Positions 1-9,659 of a DNA stretch of 64,000 bases are shown here, in pieces; the first letter of the stretch is position 1; the number at the start of each line of letters is the position of its first letter. The notes beneath the pieces are model-generated. The model worked only from the letters and a program-made list of their open reading frames with translations, did no database searches and was not told the origin of the DNA. The DNA comes from an uncultured Planctomycetaceae bacterium. Lineage in GTDB: Bacteria; Planctomycetota; Planctomycetia; Isosphaerales; Isosphaeraceae. The stretch covers positions 2,912,001 through 2,976,000 of the forward strand of contig CAWIAD010000001.1 of the NCBI GenBank assembly GCA_963833985.1. Direction: 5' to 3'. The position numbers were made by a program, and so were the translations under genes.

Positions 1-633
1 CGCGGCGAGGAATGTGAAACCCTGGGCGCCCTGATCGGGCTGAACGACCAGGGGTCTGCCGTGACGGACGGCGCTGCGAAGGTGTTCCTCTGGCCGGGCT
101 CGCACACCAAGGTCGTGGAGGTGGACGGACAAGGCCGGATCACCCGGAGCCATACCACGCTCACGGGAGAGATCATCCAGTCAGTTGCCCGCCATACGCT
201 GCTCGCGGGCAGCCTCCCCGAGGAATTGCCCGAGACCCTGGATCTTCCCGCTGCCGACGCCGGCGCAACGGCCGCACGGGAGGAGGGGCTGGCGCGCGCG
301 GCGTTTCTGGTCCGGCTGTCCGCTCTGCTGAGCACGCTGGGTCCCGCGCAGCGTGCGTCGTTCTGGATCAGCGCGGTGGTGGCCGACGATGTACGGCACC
401 TGGTCCGCCAGCCCATGCTGAGCGCTCCAGGGCAGGTGTGGGTGGGCGGACGCGAACCGCTCCGCACGCTCTACGCGCGCATGATTTCCCGGCACCACGA
501 CGGCCGCGTCCACACGCTCGACCAGGCACTCGCGGAGGCGGCCTCCGCGCTCGGTGCAATGGCGGTGGTGCGGGCCAGTCTGGACAGGCAGCGAAGCGGC
601 GACGGATCAATCGTCGCTGAACCGGCTCCATGA
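1..633 (+). CDS. dgoK: 2-keto-3-deoxy-galactonokinase family protein, 5'-truncated by the window edge
   Basis: The frame is open from base 1: RGEECETLG...WPGSHTKVV...TTLTGEII...HTLL, matching the DgoK motifs RGEE, PGTHSKW and TGE..L..HSIL. Confidence 0.75.
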   Translation, partial: RGEECETLGALIGLNDQGSAVTDGAAKVFLWPGSHTKVVEVDGQGRITRSHTTLTGEIIQSVARHTLLAGSLPEELPETLDLPAADAGATAAREEGLARAAFLVRLSALLSTLGPAQRASFWISAVVADDVRHLVRQPMLSAPGQVWVGGREPLRTLYARMISRHHDGRVHTLDQALAEAASALGAMAVVRASLDRQRSGDGSIVAEPAP

Positions 634-1410
634 CCAGACCACCTGGCCAAGGATCATCGCGGCGCCGGCATCCTCAAGGTCGACCGGCACGAGGGGGTAC
701 TCCCGGCTCTGCTGGTTGGGACGCAGGATCATGTGCCGGCCGCTGACCTCCAGCCAGCGTATGACGGGAACCCCGTCAGGGCAGGCGGCGACGATCCGGC
801 CGTGAAGTTGCAGCGGGTCGGTCATCGACCGGTCGATGGCGGCGATGGAACCCGCCGGCAGGATCGGGTTCATGGAATCATCGGTCATGCGGACGCCGAC
901 GGTCTGGGAGGGGTTGGGAAGCCATTGCCGGTAGGCCATGATGTATCCCTGGACCTGGGTGGGATCGATCGCGGTCTTGCTCAGCTCCGCAAGCGGAAAG
1001 AGCGCGACCGCCGCGAATTCCGAGGCCAGCGGCGACGGAAGGTTCTCCGGGGCCACAACGACCACCTCGCTGGAGGACCGCTCGAGTTTTTCGAGGCCGC
1101 GGCGAATCAGCTCGACGGGTGACAGTTCCGAGAGCATGCGTTCGTCGTGGGAATGGCGATACCTGCCTCCCTCACCAGAGATCAGGTACATGGGGTTCGC
1201 TCCGGTCTGCTCGATGAAGCCGAGCAGGACCTCGGCCGGAACGGTCACACCGGTTTCATAATTATACCAGGTTCGCGCGGGGAGATTGAGGCGGCGGGCA
1301 AGTTCCGGACCGCCGTGATCGCCGAAGAGTTCCTGGCGTATTTCTCGCAACCGGCGCGATAGCGAAGCCTTCACATTGACTCGAACTTTTGGGGTCTTCT
1401 TGCGAGCCAC
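607..1410 (-). CDS. XRE-family HTH regulator with C-terminal S24 (LexA/CI-like) domain
   Basis: N-terminal HTH (ELARRLNLPARTWYNYETG...NPMYLISGEG) and an S24-like C-terminus (MTDDSMNPILPAGS...ILGQVVWS). Confidence 0.8.
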   Translation of the reverse strand: MARKKTPKVRVNVKASLSRRLREIRQELFGDHGGPELARRLNLPARTWYNYETGVTVPAEVLLGFIEQTGANPMYLISGEGGRYRHSHDERMLSELSPVELIRRGLEKLERSSSEVVVVAPENLPSPLASEFAAVALFPLAELSKTAIDPTQVQGYIMAYRQWLPNPSQTVGVRMTDDSMNPILPAGSIAAIDRSMTDPLQLHGRIVAACPDGVPVIRWLEVSGRHMILRPNQQSREYPLVPVDLEDAGAAMILGQVVWSWSRFSDD

Positions 1411-1851
1411 GGCGCTCGATCCCGCAAGCGGGAACCTCCTGGGTTCAGATTACGAAAAGTCGTCTACTCTGTCCGAGGAGTTAGCCCTCATCAGGCGGAC
1501 CATGACCCCGATCCGTGGAATGGACCGCGGCCTCCGGCTCTTAATTGGCTTGATCCTCTTGATGCTCTGTGGTGCGTTTGATCAAGTTAGCATAAAGCTT
1601 GAACTACGTCACCACACACCCAGGCTGTTCTAAAAAACACCGGTAAAGCGGTGGATTTACTCAACAGTATGATGAATGCAAGCAAAGTTCAAGTACGAGC
1701 GCCATGAATAGCAAACATCCCTGCGCAGGCGCGGGCCGAACCCGCCATATCGGGTGCGCAGGCGCTGGGGCAGCCTGCCGGCGCGCCACGGCTTTCTGAG
1801 AAGCCAGGTTGCTGACGGGGGTGAAAGGTGGTCAGGAAGTGTGGCCACGAC

Positions 1852-2151
1852 TCAGAAGAAGCCCAGCTCGTCGCGTGCCTCGTCGGACATGCGTTCGGGC
1901 GACCACGGGGGAGACATGACAAGGCGGACATCGGCCTTGGTCACGCCCTCCACCTTTTCAAGGGCGGAGACGGCGTTGCGGAGGATCTCCGGACCGGCCG
2001 GGCAAGCTGGCGAGGTGAGCGTCATCTCCACCTCGACCCGGTCATCGTGGGTCTGGATGGAATAGACCAGACCGAGATCAACCACGTTGACATTGAGCTC
2101 CGGGTCCTTGACGGTCTTGAGGGCTGAAACGAGCGTCTCCTGGTCGATCAT
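1852..2151 (-). CDS. sufT: Metal-sulfur cluster assembly factor (DUF59/SufT-like)
   Basis: DUF59 motifs DPELNVNVVDLGLVY, MTLTSPACP and PPWSPERMS. Last gene of the suf operon. Confidence 0.85.
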   Translation of the reverse strand: MIDQETLVSALKTVKDPELNVNVVDLGLVYSIQTHDDRVEVEMTLTSPACPAGPEILRNAVSALEKVEGVTKADVRLVMSPPWSPERMSDEARDELGFF

Positions 2152-2244
2152 GGCACCGTACTCCTCGAAGATTGGTGGCCGCGGGGAAACGGAAGTGCGC
2201 CGGACTTGCAAGCCGCGGCCCGGCGTCTCGTTCGGGGGAAGACA

Positions 2245-2559
2245 TCACTCCTGGATCGCGACGAACACCTCGTCACCCTGGACGATGACTTCGTGAGTTG
2301 TGACCGGTTCGATGGCCGGCATGCAGAGCGCTTTGCCGGTGCGAACGTCGAACCGGGCTCCGTGACGGGGGCATTCAATCTCGCAGCCCGTGAGGTTCCC
2401 ATCGGCCAGCGGGCCGCCGTCGTGCGTGCAGACATCGTCGATGGCGTAGAGCGTCCCGGCCACATTGAACAGGGCGATGGCCCGGCCGTCCGCATCGACC
2501 AGCTTCTTCTCGCCAGGGGCCAGTTCGTTGCGGTTCGCCACTTTCACCATCACCGTCAT
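2245..2559 (-). CDS. Rieske-type [2Fe-2S] ferredoxin
   Basis: Rieske motifs CTH...CPRHGARFD. Confidence 0.9.
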   Translation of the reverse strand: MTVMVKVANRNELAPGEKKLVDADGRAIALFNVAGTLYAIDDVCTHDGGPLADGNLTGCEIECPRHGARFDVRTGKALCMPAIEPVTTHEVIVQGDEVFVAIQE

Positions 2560-2653
2560 GCTCCGTCCCATCTGAAGAGCAGCCTGGTGCCCATTTTTCC
2601 GGACCCGACCAGCCGCACCCGCGGGCGCAGTCCGGCCCCCGAGCCATTCCAGC

Positions 2654-3082
2654 CTACGATTGAGCCGCGGCCGCGCGGGCGACCTCGCCCTTGATCCTGC
2701 GCAGCACGCCGGTCAACCCGCGGACCCGAAGCATGCCCAGAACTTCCTGGAGACCGCAACGGTCCACAAGGTCCGCGGGCACCTTGAAGATCTCCTCGGG
2801 AACGGCCCCGCTGAGGCCCTCGATGAGCAGCGAGACGAAACCGCGAACCGTCGGGGCCTCCACCGGCGCATCGGCATGAAGCATCACACGGTCTCCCATC
2901 ATCTCCACGAAGAGGTAGACCGGCGACTGACATTCCTCGACGCGGTGCGTGGCGTCCTTCAGCCTGGCCAGATGCTCTGGCAGAGGAGGCAGATTCCTGG
3001 CGAAGTCGATGAGCAGATCGATGCGCTCCTGACGATCGCAGTCACGCAGCTCGGCAATGATGTCGTCCAGTGCGGCCGGCAT
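2654..3082 (-). CDS. sufE: SufE family sulfur acceptor
   Basis: LLIDFARNLPPLP...VEECQSPV...EAPTVRGF...RVRGLTG. The active Cys is in CQS. Confidence 0.85.
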   Translation of the reverse strand: MPAALDDIIAELRDCDRQERIDLLIDFARNLPPLPEHLARLKDATHRVEECQSPVYLFVEMMGDRVMLHADAPVEAPTVRGFVSLLIEGLSGAVPEEIFKVPADLVDRCGLQEVLGMLRVRGLTGVLRRIKGEVARAAAAQS

Positions 3083-3113
3083 GATTTCTATCCGCGACGC
3101 CGTGGCGGTCGCG

Positions 3114-3968
3114 TCAGGCTCCTCGAGCGATCGGTACCCGGACCAGGTTTCCCCATTCGGTCCACGACCCATCATAATTGCGCACGTTCGAAAAACCCAG
3201 GAGGTATGTGAGAACAAACCAGGTCAGGCTCGAGCGTTCGCCGATCCGGCAATAGGCCACCACATCGTCGTCGGGCTTCAGGCCCATCTCGTCGCTGTAG
3301 AGCGCCAGCAGCTCCTCGGACGATTTGAAGGTCCCGTCGTCGTTGACCGCCCGCGCCCATGGAACATTCTTGGCCCCGGGGATATGGCCCCCGCGAAGCG
3401 AGCCCTCCTGCGGATACTCTTCCATGTGCAGCAGCTCGCCGGTGAACTCCTTGGGGCTGCGCACGTCGATGAGCGGCTTGCCGGCCTTGATATGGGCCAG
3501 CACCTCATCGCGGAAGGCCCGGATGCGGGCCTCGTCAATACGGCCCACCTGGTACTTCGTCGCGGGGTACCGCGCGGGCTCCGTCGTGACCGGCCGGCCC
3601 TGGTCGATCCACAGCTTCCGGCCCCCGTTCATCACCCTGCAATCCTTGTGGCCGAACATCGTGAACGCCCAGAAGGCGTAACAGGCCCACCAGTTCGACT
3701 TGTCTCCATAGAACACGACCGTCGTGTCGCCGGCGATCCCGTTCCTCGCGCACAGCTCGGCAAAACGCTCGGGGTTGATGTAGTCGCGGATGATCTGGTC
3801 CTGGAGGTCCCCCTGCCAGTCGATCCGGACGGCGCCGGGAATGTGTCCCACGTCGTAAAGCAGCAGGTCCTCGTCACTCTCCACGATCCGCACCTGGGGA
3901 TCGTTCAGATGCTGCTCAACCCAGTCAACCGAGACCAGCGCCTCCGGATGAGCATAATCCCTGGACAT
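3114..3968 (-). CDS. Double-domain rhodanese / thiosulfate sulfurtransferase (SseA/CysA-like)
   Basis: GHIPGA occurs twice; active-site [10 protein letters not shown]-terminal [10 protein letters not shown] signature; GGAG RBS. Confidence 0.92.
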   Translation of the reverse strand: MSRDYAHPEALVSVDWVEQHLNDPQVRIVESDEDLLLYDVGHIPGAVRIDWQGDLQDQIIRDYINPERFAELCARNGIAGDTTVVFYGDKSNWWACYAFWAFTMFGHKDCRVMNGGRKLWIDQGRPVTTEPARYPATKYQVGRIDEARIRAFRDEVLAHIKAGKPLIDVRSPKEFTGELLHMEEYPQEGSLRGGHIPGAKNVPWARAVNDDGTFKSSEELLALYSDEMGLKPDDDVVAYCRIGERSSLTWFVLTYLLGFSNVRNYDGSWTEWGNLVRVPIARGA

Positions 3969-4028
3969 GGCCAAACTCCCGAATAAGGAAAGCAGATTCA
4001 TCTGCCCATGCAGTGTGCGATCGTTGCG

Positions 4029-5363
4029 TCAGCGCGAGCCTTCCAGCTTTTCCGCCACTGCTTGACGCAGGGTTTCCTGAACAGGTTCGAGAGTGATCCG
4101 GTCGTACACGTTGGCGAAGAAGCCCTCGACAATCAAGCGTATGGCCATCTTGCGGGGAATACCCCGCGCCTGCGCGGCGAAGATCATCTCCTCGTCCACC
4201 CTGCCGGCCGTGGCGCCGTGGGTGCAGCGCACGTCGTTGGCCTCGATCTCCAGTCCGGGAATCGAATCGGCCCGGGAGGTATCCGAGAGCATGAGGTTGT
4301 CATTCTTCTGGTAGGCGTCGGTGCGCTGGGCGTCCTTCTCAACCCGGATCATCCCCTTCCACACAATCCGCGAGCGATCCTTCAGCCCGCACTTGTACAG
4401 CAGGTCGCTGGTGGTGTGCGGGGCCTGATGGTCCTGGCGCGTGAAGTAGGCGAGGTGTGCCCGGCCGGTGGTAAACATCACGCCATTCACCTGCGCGTTG
4501 GCTCCCTGACCGGCCAGCACCACTTCCTGGTTCACCTTGGCCAGCCGCGAACCCAGGCCGCCGACGGTCCATTGCAGATCGGCGTCGCGGCCGACGATGG
4601 CCCGCTCGCGGCTGAAGTGCCAGGTTGAGGAGTCCCAGTTCTGAATGTTCACGAGGCGGAACCGCGAGCCCTCGCCCTGGATGACCTCCAGAGCGCCGAC
4701 GTGCAGCCCGGGAGCCTCGCCGCGACCACTGGAAGCCGTCTCGCGAACGAGGGTCGCCTCCGCCCCCTCCTCGAGCACCACCAGTGTGTGGCTGAAATCG
4801 ATGCGCCCTTCCTGAACGAGCCCCACCAGGCTGAACAGCGGTGCCGCGACCTTCACTCCGCGCGGCACGTACAGCAGTATCCCGCCGGTGCAGAAAGCCG
4901 CGTGCAGCGCGGCGAAGAAGTCGTCAGCGGGCGTCACGGCCTGCGTCAGAAGATAGCGGCGCAGCAGCTCGGGCTGGTCCTTGACAGCCTGGTTCAGGTC
5001 CATGAACACGGCCCCACCGGTGCGGGCGGCGTCCGGGAGGCGGACAGCCGTCCCGTTGACGTGTTCGATGCCCGTGGCGTAATGCGCGGCCAGACTGCTC
5101 CACAAGGGATCGAGCACCGCGGCCGCGCGGGCGCTGGGCTGAACCGGATCCAGAGTTCCGAACTGGTCCAGCTTGAGTGCCCGGATGTCGGTTCGCCGCC
5201 ACTCCTCGTCGCGAGCGCCGGGCCAGGGAAACGCCTGGTATCTCTCGAACGCGACCCGCCTCCGTTCGGTCAACCACGACGGCTCGTCGCGTTCTTTGAG
5301 AAAGGCATGGAACGATTCTTCGGTGAAACCGCGAGTCCCTGTGGAGAGTTCACTCGTTGGCAT
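4029..5363 (-). CDS. sufD: Fe-S cluster assembly protein SufD
   Basis: EEWRRTD...ADSIPGLEIEANDVRCTHGAT, in the suf operon. Confidence 0.92.
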   Translation of the reverse strand: MPTSELSTGTRGFTEESFHAFLKERDEPSWLTERRRVAFERYQAFPWPGARDEEWRRTDIRALKLDQFGTLDPVQPSARAAAVLDPLWSSLAAHYATGIEHVNGTAVRLPDAARTGGAVFMDLNQAVKDQPELLRRYLLTQAVTPADDFFAALHAAFCTGGILLYVPRGVKVAAPLFSLVGLVQEGRIDFSHTLVVLEEGAEATLVRETASSGRGEAPGLHVGALEVIQGEGSRFRLVNIQNWDSSTWHFSRERAIVGRDADLQWTVGGLGSRLAKVNQEVVLAGQGANAQVNGVMFTTGRAHLAYFTRQDHQAPHTTSDLLYKCGLKDRSRIVWKGMIRVEKDAQRTDAYQKNDNLMLSDTSRADSIPGLEIEANDVRCTHGATAGRVDEEMIFAAQARGIPRKMAIRLIVEGFFANVYDRITLEPVQETLRQAVAEKLEGSR

Positions 5364-5826
5364 TAATAAAGTGTCCCGTTTCCTTTGCTGGCGGCCCCGG
5401 CTGGCTCGCTACCTTGCCGGACATCGGGCCGACGAGCCTTATGCCTTCGCCGCCTACCTGTACGGCCCGACCACAATCTTTTCCCTGTGCCTGATCCCGC
5501 TCCACGGCATGCTCCAGGAGGGCGTGCGCGAGCTGGCCGTAGACACCCTTGGAAATGGGATCTCCGGCGCAGATCCGGGCCCTGCGGATGGAGTAGCTGG
5601 TCCCCAGCTGACGGTTACCCTCGGACACCCCGTCCACAATTTCTTGCCAGATGGCGTCACCGGCGTCGGGTGTCAATGGCTCGATTGATGACCCGTCGCC
5701 AGAAATGCGCTCGAGAACAGGCGCTGCCGTCGCGATATCCGGTGTGAATTGAATGCCAAGATAGTTGTGGTGCGGGCCCGTGATCCGCGTCACCACGTCG
5801 AGGTCACCGATGCGCGTAAACTGCAT
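5350..5826 (-). CDS. Hypothetical protein, candidate immunity/antitoxin partner of 5830-6207
   Basis: ATG lies 3 nt after the stop of the upstream ORF and its own stop overlaps the sufD start. The sequence MQFTRIGD..VTRITGPHHNYLGI is globular and unrelated to Suf proteins. Confidence 0.55.
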   Translation of the reverse strand: MQFTRIGDLDVVTRITGPHHNYLGIQFTPDIATAAPVLERISGDGSSIEPLTPDAGDAIWQEIVDGVSEGNRQLGTSYSIRRARICAGDPISKGVYGQLAHALLEHAVERDQAQGKDCGRAVQVGGEGIRLVGPMSGKVASQPGPPAKETGHFINANE

Positions 5827-5829
5827 GGC

Positions 5830-6207
5830 TCAATCCCCAGGGTACTTCGGGAAAGGAAAGCGCCGTTGAGCGGCCGCATGAGCCATTCGATAGCCTGGAC
5901 CGTGTTTTCGCATGTACCAGGCCTCTGCGGCCTCGTGGCGGAGGAATCGAAGATCTTCAGAAGAGAATGTTCCGGCCCGGAGTCGATGCCATGCCTCCGC
6001 AATTCCCTTGTCGCTGTCAAATCGCGCAACCGTGGCAGGCACTCCGAGCGATACGTAGGAATCGAGGTAATGAGATTGAAGGAAAACATGCGCCTTGATC
6101 TTCTCAATACTCCGGGGCTTCCAGCCTGTCCGTCGTGCGATCTCGTAGACATCTCCGTCGTACTGTCTGATCGCTTCATAAAGAAGGTCGGCAGGTTCCT
6201 CAAGCAT
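5830..6207 (-). CDS. Stand-alone polymorphic-toxin-like C-terminal domain protein
   Basis: AGGAAG RBS. Motif string YEAIR..DV..IA..TG...IKAHVF...H.L...RFDSD..IA.AW.RL..G...D...LRHE..E...GY..AH..A resembles, from memory, a toxin-tip domain of MuF/Rhs/WXG proteins. Confidence 0.6.
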   Translation of the reverse strand: MLEEPADLLYEAIRQYDGDVYEIARRTGWKPRSIEKIKAHVFLQSHYLDSYVSLGVPATVARFDSDKGIAEAWHRLRAGTFSSEDLRFLRHEAAEAWYMRKHGPGYRMAHAAAQRRFPFPKYPGD

Positions 6208-6296
6208 CTTCCTACACGCCGATTGCCTCTCTCAGCATAACACGACGAGGAACCGAGCCAGCACCTTGAACCAGGCGCGGTCTGGGTCAGTTCTCC

Positions 6297-7712
6297 TCAG
6301 CCCACCGATCCTTCCATCTGGAGCTGGATCAGCTTGTTCATCTCCACGGCGTACTCCATGGGCAGTTCCTTGACCAGGGGCTCGATGAAGCCGCTCACGA
6401 TCAAGGTTGACGCCTCCGCCTCGGAGAGGCCGCGGCTCTGCAAGTAGAAGAGCTGCTCCTCGCCGATCTTCGAGACGCTCGCCTCGTGGCCGATCTTCAC
6501 GTCGTCCTCGTCGATCTCGATGTAAGGGTAGGTGTCCGACCGGCTGGCCGCATCCAGGATCAACGCATCGCAGACGACGTTCGACCTCGAGCCGTGGGCT
6601 CCGTCGGCAACCTTGAGCAGGCCGCGATAACTGGCGCGGCCGCCATTCTTGCTGATGCTCTTGGAAATGATCCGCGAGCTGGTGTAGGGCGCCCCGTGGA
6701 CGACCTTGCCGCCGGCGTCCTGGTGCTGGCCCTTGCCCGCGAAGGCGATCGACAGGATCTCGCCGCGTGCACCCTTGCCCATCATGTAGACGGCGGGATA
6801 CTTCATGGTCAGCCGGCTGCCGAGGTTGCCGTCAACCCACTCCATGAGCGCATCCTCGTGGGCGACGGCGCGCTTGGTGACCAGGTTGTAAATGTTATTC
6901 GCCCAGTTCTGGATGGTCGTGTAGCGGCACCGCGCCCCCTTCTTGACGATGATCTCCACGACGGCTGAGTGCAGGCTCTCGGTGGAGTACATGGGTGCGG
7001 TACACCCCTCGACGTAGTGGATCTGGGCGCCTTCCTCGACGATGATCAGCGTCCGCTCGAACTGGCCCATGTTCTCGGCGTTGATCCGGAAGTAGGCCTG
7101 GAGCGGGATGTCGACCTTCACTCCCGCGGGAACATAGACAAACGACCCGCCGCTCCAGACTGCCGAGTTCAGTGCGGCGAACTTGTTGTCCTGGATGGGG
7201 ATGATCGTGCCGATGTATTCCTTCACCAGGTCCGGATACTCGCGCAGCGCGGTGTCGGTATCGACGAAGATCACGCCTTTCTTTTGCAGATCCTCGCGCA
7301 GGCTGTGGTAGACCACTTCCGACTCATACTGGGCACCGACGCCGGCCAGGAACTTCCGTTCAGCCTCGGGAATGCCCAGCTTGTCAAAAGTGTTCTTGAT
7401 CTCGGCGGGCACGTCGTCCCACGACTTGCCCTGCCGGTCGGCGGCTTTCATGTAATAGTGGATGTCGTCGAAGTTCAGCTCCGAGAGCACGCCGCCCCAG
7501 TTCGGCAGCGGCTTCTGCTGGAACGCTGTCAGGGCCTTGAGCCGGAATTCGCGCATCCAGGCAGGCTCGCTCTTCATCTCGGAGATCTGCTGGACGACCT
7601 CGCGGGTGAGCCCCTTGCCGCTCTTGAACGCGTAGTTCGTGTCGGTGTCGCGGAATCCGTACTTGTAATCGTCCTTGATCCCCGCCACCTGAAGATTCAG
7701 ATCGGTTGCCAT
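6297..7712 (-). CDS. sufB: Fe-S cluster assembly protein SufB
   Basis: [56 protein letters not shown]. Confidence 0.97.
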   Translation of the reverse strand: MATDLNLQVAGIKDDYKYGFRDTDTNYAFKSGKGLTREVVQQISEMKSEPAWMREFRLKALTAFQQKPLPNWGGVLSELNFDDIHYYMKAADRQGKSWDDVPAEIKNTFDKLGIPEAERKFLAGVGAQYESEVVYHSLREDLQKKGVIFVDTDTALREYPDLVKEYIGTIIPIQDNKFAALNSAVWSGGSFVYVPAGVKVDIPLQAYFRINAENMGQFERTLIIVEEGAQIHYVEGCTAPMYSTESLHSAVVEIIVKKGARCRYTTIQNWANNIYNLVTKRAVAHEDALMEWVDGNLGSRLTMKYPAVYMMGKGARGEILSIAFAGKGQHQDAGGKVVHGAPYTSSRIISKSISKNGGRASYRGLLKVADGAHGSRSNVVCDALILDAASRSDTYPYIEIDEDDVKIGHEASVSKIGEEQLFYLQSRGLSEAEASTLIVSGFIEPLVKELPMEYAVEMNKLIQLQMEGSVG

Positions 7713-7811
7713 GGTGTTCTGGTCCTCTGTGTTTGGTTCGATACGCTTCGTGCTGGCGATCGCTCGTGAGTCCGTGTGAGTGATGAAACCGCGGGTTCAG
7801 CCCGGTGCGGC

Positions 7812-8663
7812 TCAGGAGGCCGTGGCGACCCCGGCGGAGGCCTGCTGCTCCCGAGCGGCAAGCTCCATCTCTTCCTCGGTTTGTGCGGCTTCGGGATAAC
7901 GCTCGCGGACCCAGTCGTAACCCTCTTTCTCAAGTTTCTTGACCAGCTCCGGACCGCCGTTCTCGACGATCTGCCCGCCAAAGAGGATGTGGACGAACTG
8001 CGGCTTGATGTAGGTGAGGATGCGCTCGTAATGCGTGATCACCAGGACGCCCGTGCCATGCTTGCCCGCAACCCGGTTCACGCCCTCGGAAACGACGCGC
8101 ACCGCGTCGATATCCAGACCGCTGTCGGTCTCGTCGAGGATGGCGAAAGCTGGCCTGAGCATCGCGAGCTGGAGGATCTCAGCGCGTTTCTTCTCGCCCC
8201 CTGAAAAACCCTCGTTCAGATATCTGCGGGCGAACTCGTGATCCATGCCCAGCTCGTCCATCTGGTCGCGCAGCTCCTTGCGGAAGTCGCGCATCGGAAT
8301 CAGATCCTCGCCCTCCTTGCGCTCCGGGTTGCGAACGTTGGTGACCGCGTGCCGCAAGAAGTTGGCAACCGTCACTCCTGGAATGGAGGTAGGATACTGG
8401 AAGGCCAGAAAGAGCCCGAGCTTGGCGCGCTCATCGGGTTCCAGGCCCAGCAGATCCTGCCCGTCGAGCGTGACCGAGCCGCCGACGACCTCGTAGTTGG
8501 GATGCCCCATCAGGGCGTAACTGAGCGTGCTCTTGCCCGAGCCGTTGGGCCCCATGAGCGCGTGCACCTCGCCGTGGCGGATCGTCAGGTCGACCCCGCG
8601 CAGAATCTCCTTGCCCGCGATCGCCACACGCAAGTTCGCAATTCGAAGTTCCTTGGTCATCAC
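7812..8663 (-). CDS. sufC: Fe-S cluster assembly ATPase SufC
   Basis: GPNGSGKST, FLAFQYP, NEGFSGGEKKR, LDETDSGLDIDA, ITHY. Confidence 0.97.
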   Translation of the reverse strand: MMTKELRIANLRVAIAGKEILRGVDLTIRHGEVHALMGPNGSGKSTLSYALMGHPNYEVVGGSVTLDGQDLLGLEPDERAKLGLFLAFQYPTSIPGVTVANFLRHAVTNVRNPERKEGEDLIPMRDFRKELRDQMDELGMDHEFARRYLNEGFSGGEKKRAEILQLAMLRPAFAILDETDSGLDIDAVRVVSEGVNRVAGKHGTGVLVITHYERILTYIKPQFVHILFGGQIVENGGPELVKKLEKEGYDWVRERYPEAAQTEEEMELAAREQQASAGVATAS

Positions 8664-8719
8664 TCAATCACCCTGAGCCGTTCGAAAAGATCAACAGGAA
8701 AGCGCGCCGATGCGTGCGA

Positions 8720-9385
8720 TCATGATGCGGAACCGGCGCACGGCTGGGCTGGCCCCAGCAGAGGAGCCGGCTTGGCCTGGAAGTCACACGAGCGGTCACC
8801 GTCCAGCCGGCACTGGCTGAGACGCAGACCGCGGCCGAGAACCTTCTCGAGCATCTTGCGCTCGAGGGCACAGATGGCCGGGTCGCTCTCGGCCAGTTCG
8901 TAGTAGGGGCAGGAATGCTGGCGCAGGATCAGGTCCGGGCCCGAGCCATCGCGTGCCACCTCGGCTTCGATCCCACGGTCGTGCAGCAGACCGCTAAGCT
9001 GAATCAGACGGCCTTCCCACTCCTGGCCGGTGATCCGCGTGCGATACAGCTCGGCAAGCCGGTCGGTAATCCGGGTGAACAACAGCCGTCTCAGCTTGCG
9101 ATCGGCGAGGCTTGCCATCATCTCTTCCCAGAGGGCAAGGGCCAGATCCGCGTAATTCTGCCCCAGCCGCTTGTGGGCTTCAACGCTGGCCTGGTAGCGG
9201 TGCCGGGGACGGCCGCGGGCGCCATGCTCGAAAGTCCGCTCCACCAGCCCCGTTGCCAGCAGCCGTGCCAGCCGGTTCCGCACCGCCGTGCCGGTGACGC
9301 AGAGATGCTTTCCCATCTCCGCCACGGTCAATGGTCCGCGGCGTCGAATGAGATCCAGCAGTTCGCGATCCGATGACTCAAACAT
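8720..9385 (-). CDS. sufR: SufR-like winged-helix Fe-S sensing regulator
   Basis: N-terminal wHTH, RGRPRHRY and Cys ligands (HSCPY, ICALE, SCDF). First gene of the suf operon. Confidence 0.8.
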   Translation of the reverse strand: MFESSDRELLDLIRRRGPLTVAEMGKHLCVTGTAVRNRLARLLATGLVERTFEHGARGRPRHRYQASVEAHKRLGQNYADLALALWEEMMASLADRKLRRLLFTRITDRLAELYRTRITGQEWEGRLIQLSGLLHDRGIEAEVARDGSGPDLILRQHSCPYYELAESDPAICALERKMLEKVLGRGLRLSQCRLDGDRSCDFQAKPAPLLGPAQPCAGSAS

Positions 9386-9523
9386 CACACGCCCGACACT
9401 CCAGAAGTCCTGGCTCGTTGCGGCAGCAGCACGGGCCATTGCGTGACACCGTGACGCCCCAATACGTTATGATTGTAAGGCTGTGTGCCAGGCGCGTCCA
9501 TGACCGCCGTCGCCCTTTTCACC

Positions 9524-9549
9524 TTTTTTACAAAAATAATTGTGAAAAA
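9524..9549. promoter_or_regulatory. AT-rich palindrome, candidate SufR operator
   Basis: TTTTTTACAA-aaataa-TTGTGAAAAA (arms match 9/10), in the divergent promoter region upstream of sufR. Confidence 0.5.
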
Positions 9550-9659
9550 TCAAGTGGGTCACTCCCGGAGCATCGTTCGCGGAACCGCAAGGGAAATCCC
9601 CGCACGGCGGGGACCTCGCGGGTCAGGGAGTGGCGATGCGCTCCGTGAAGGAGCCATGC

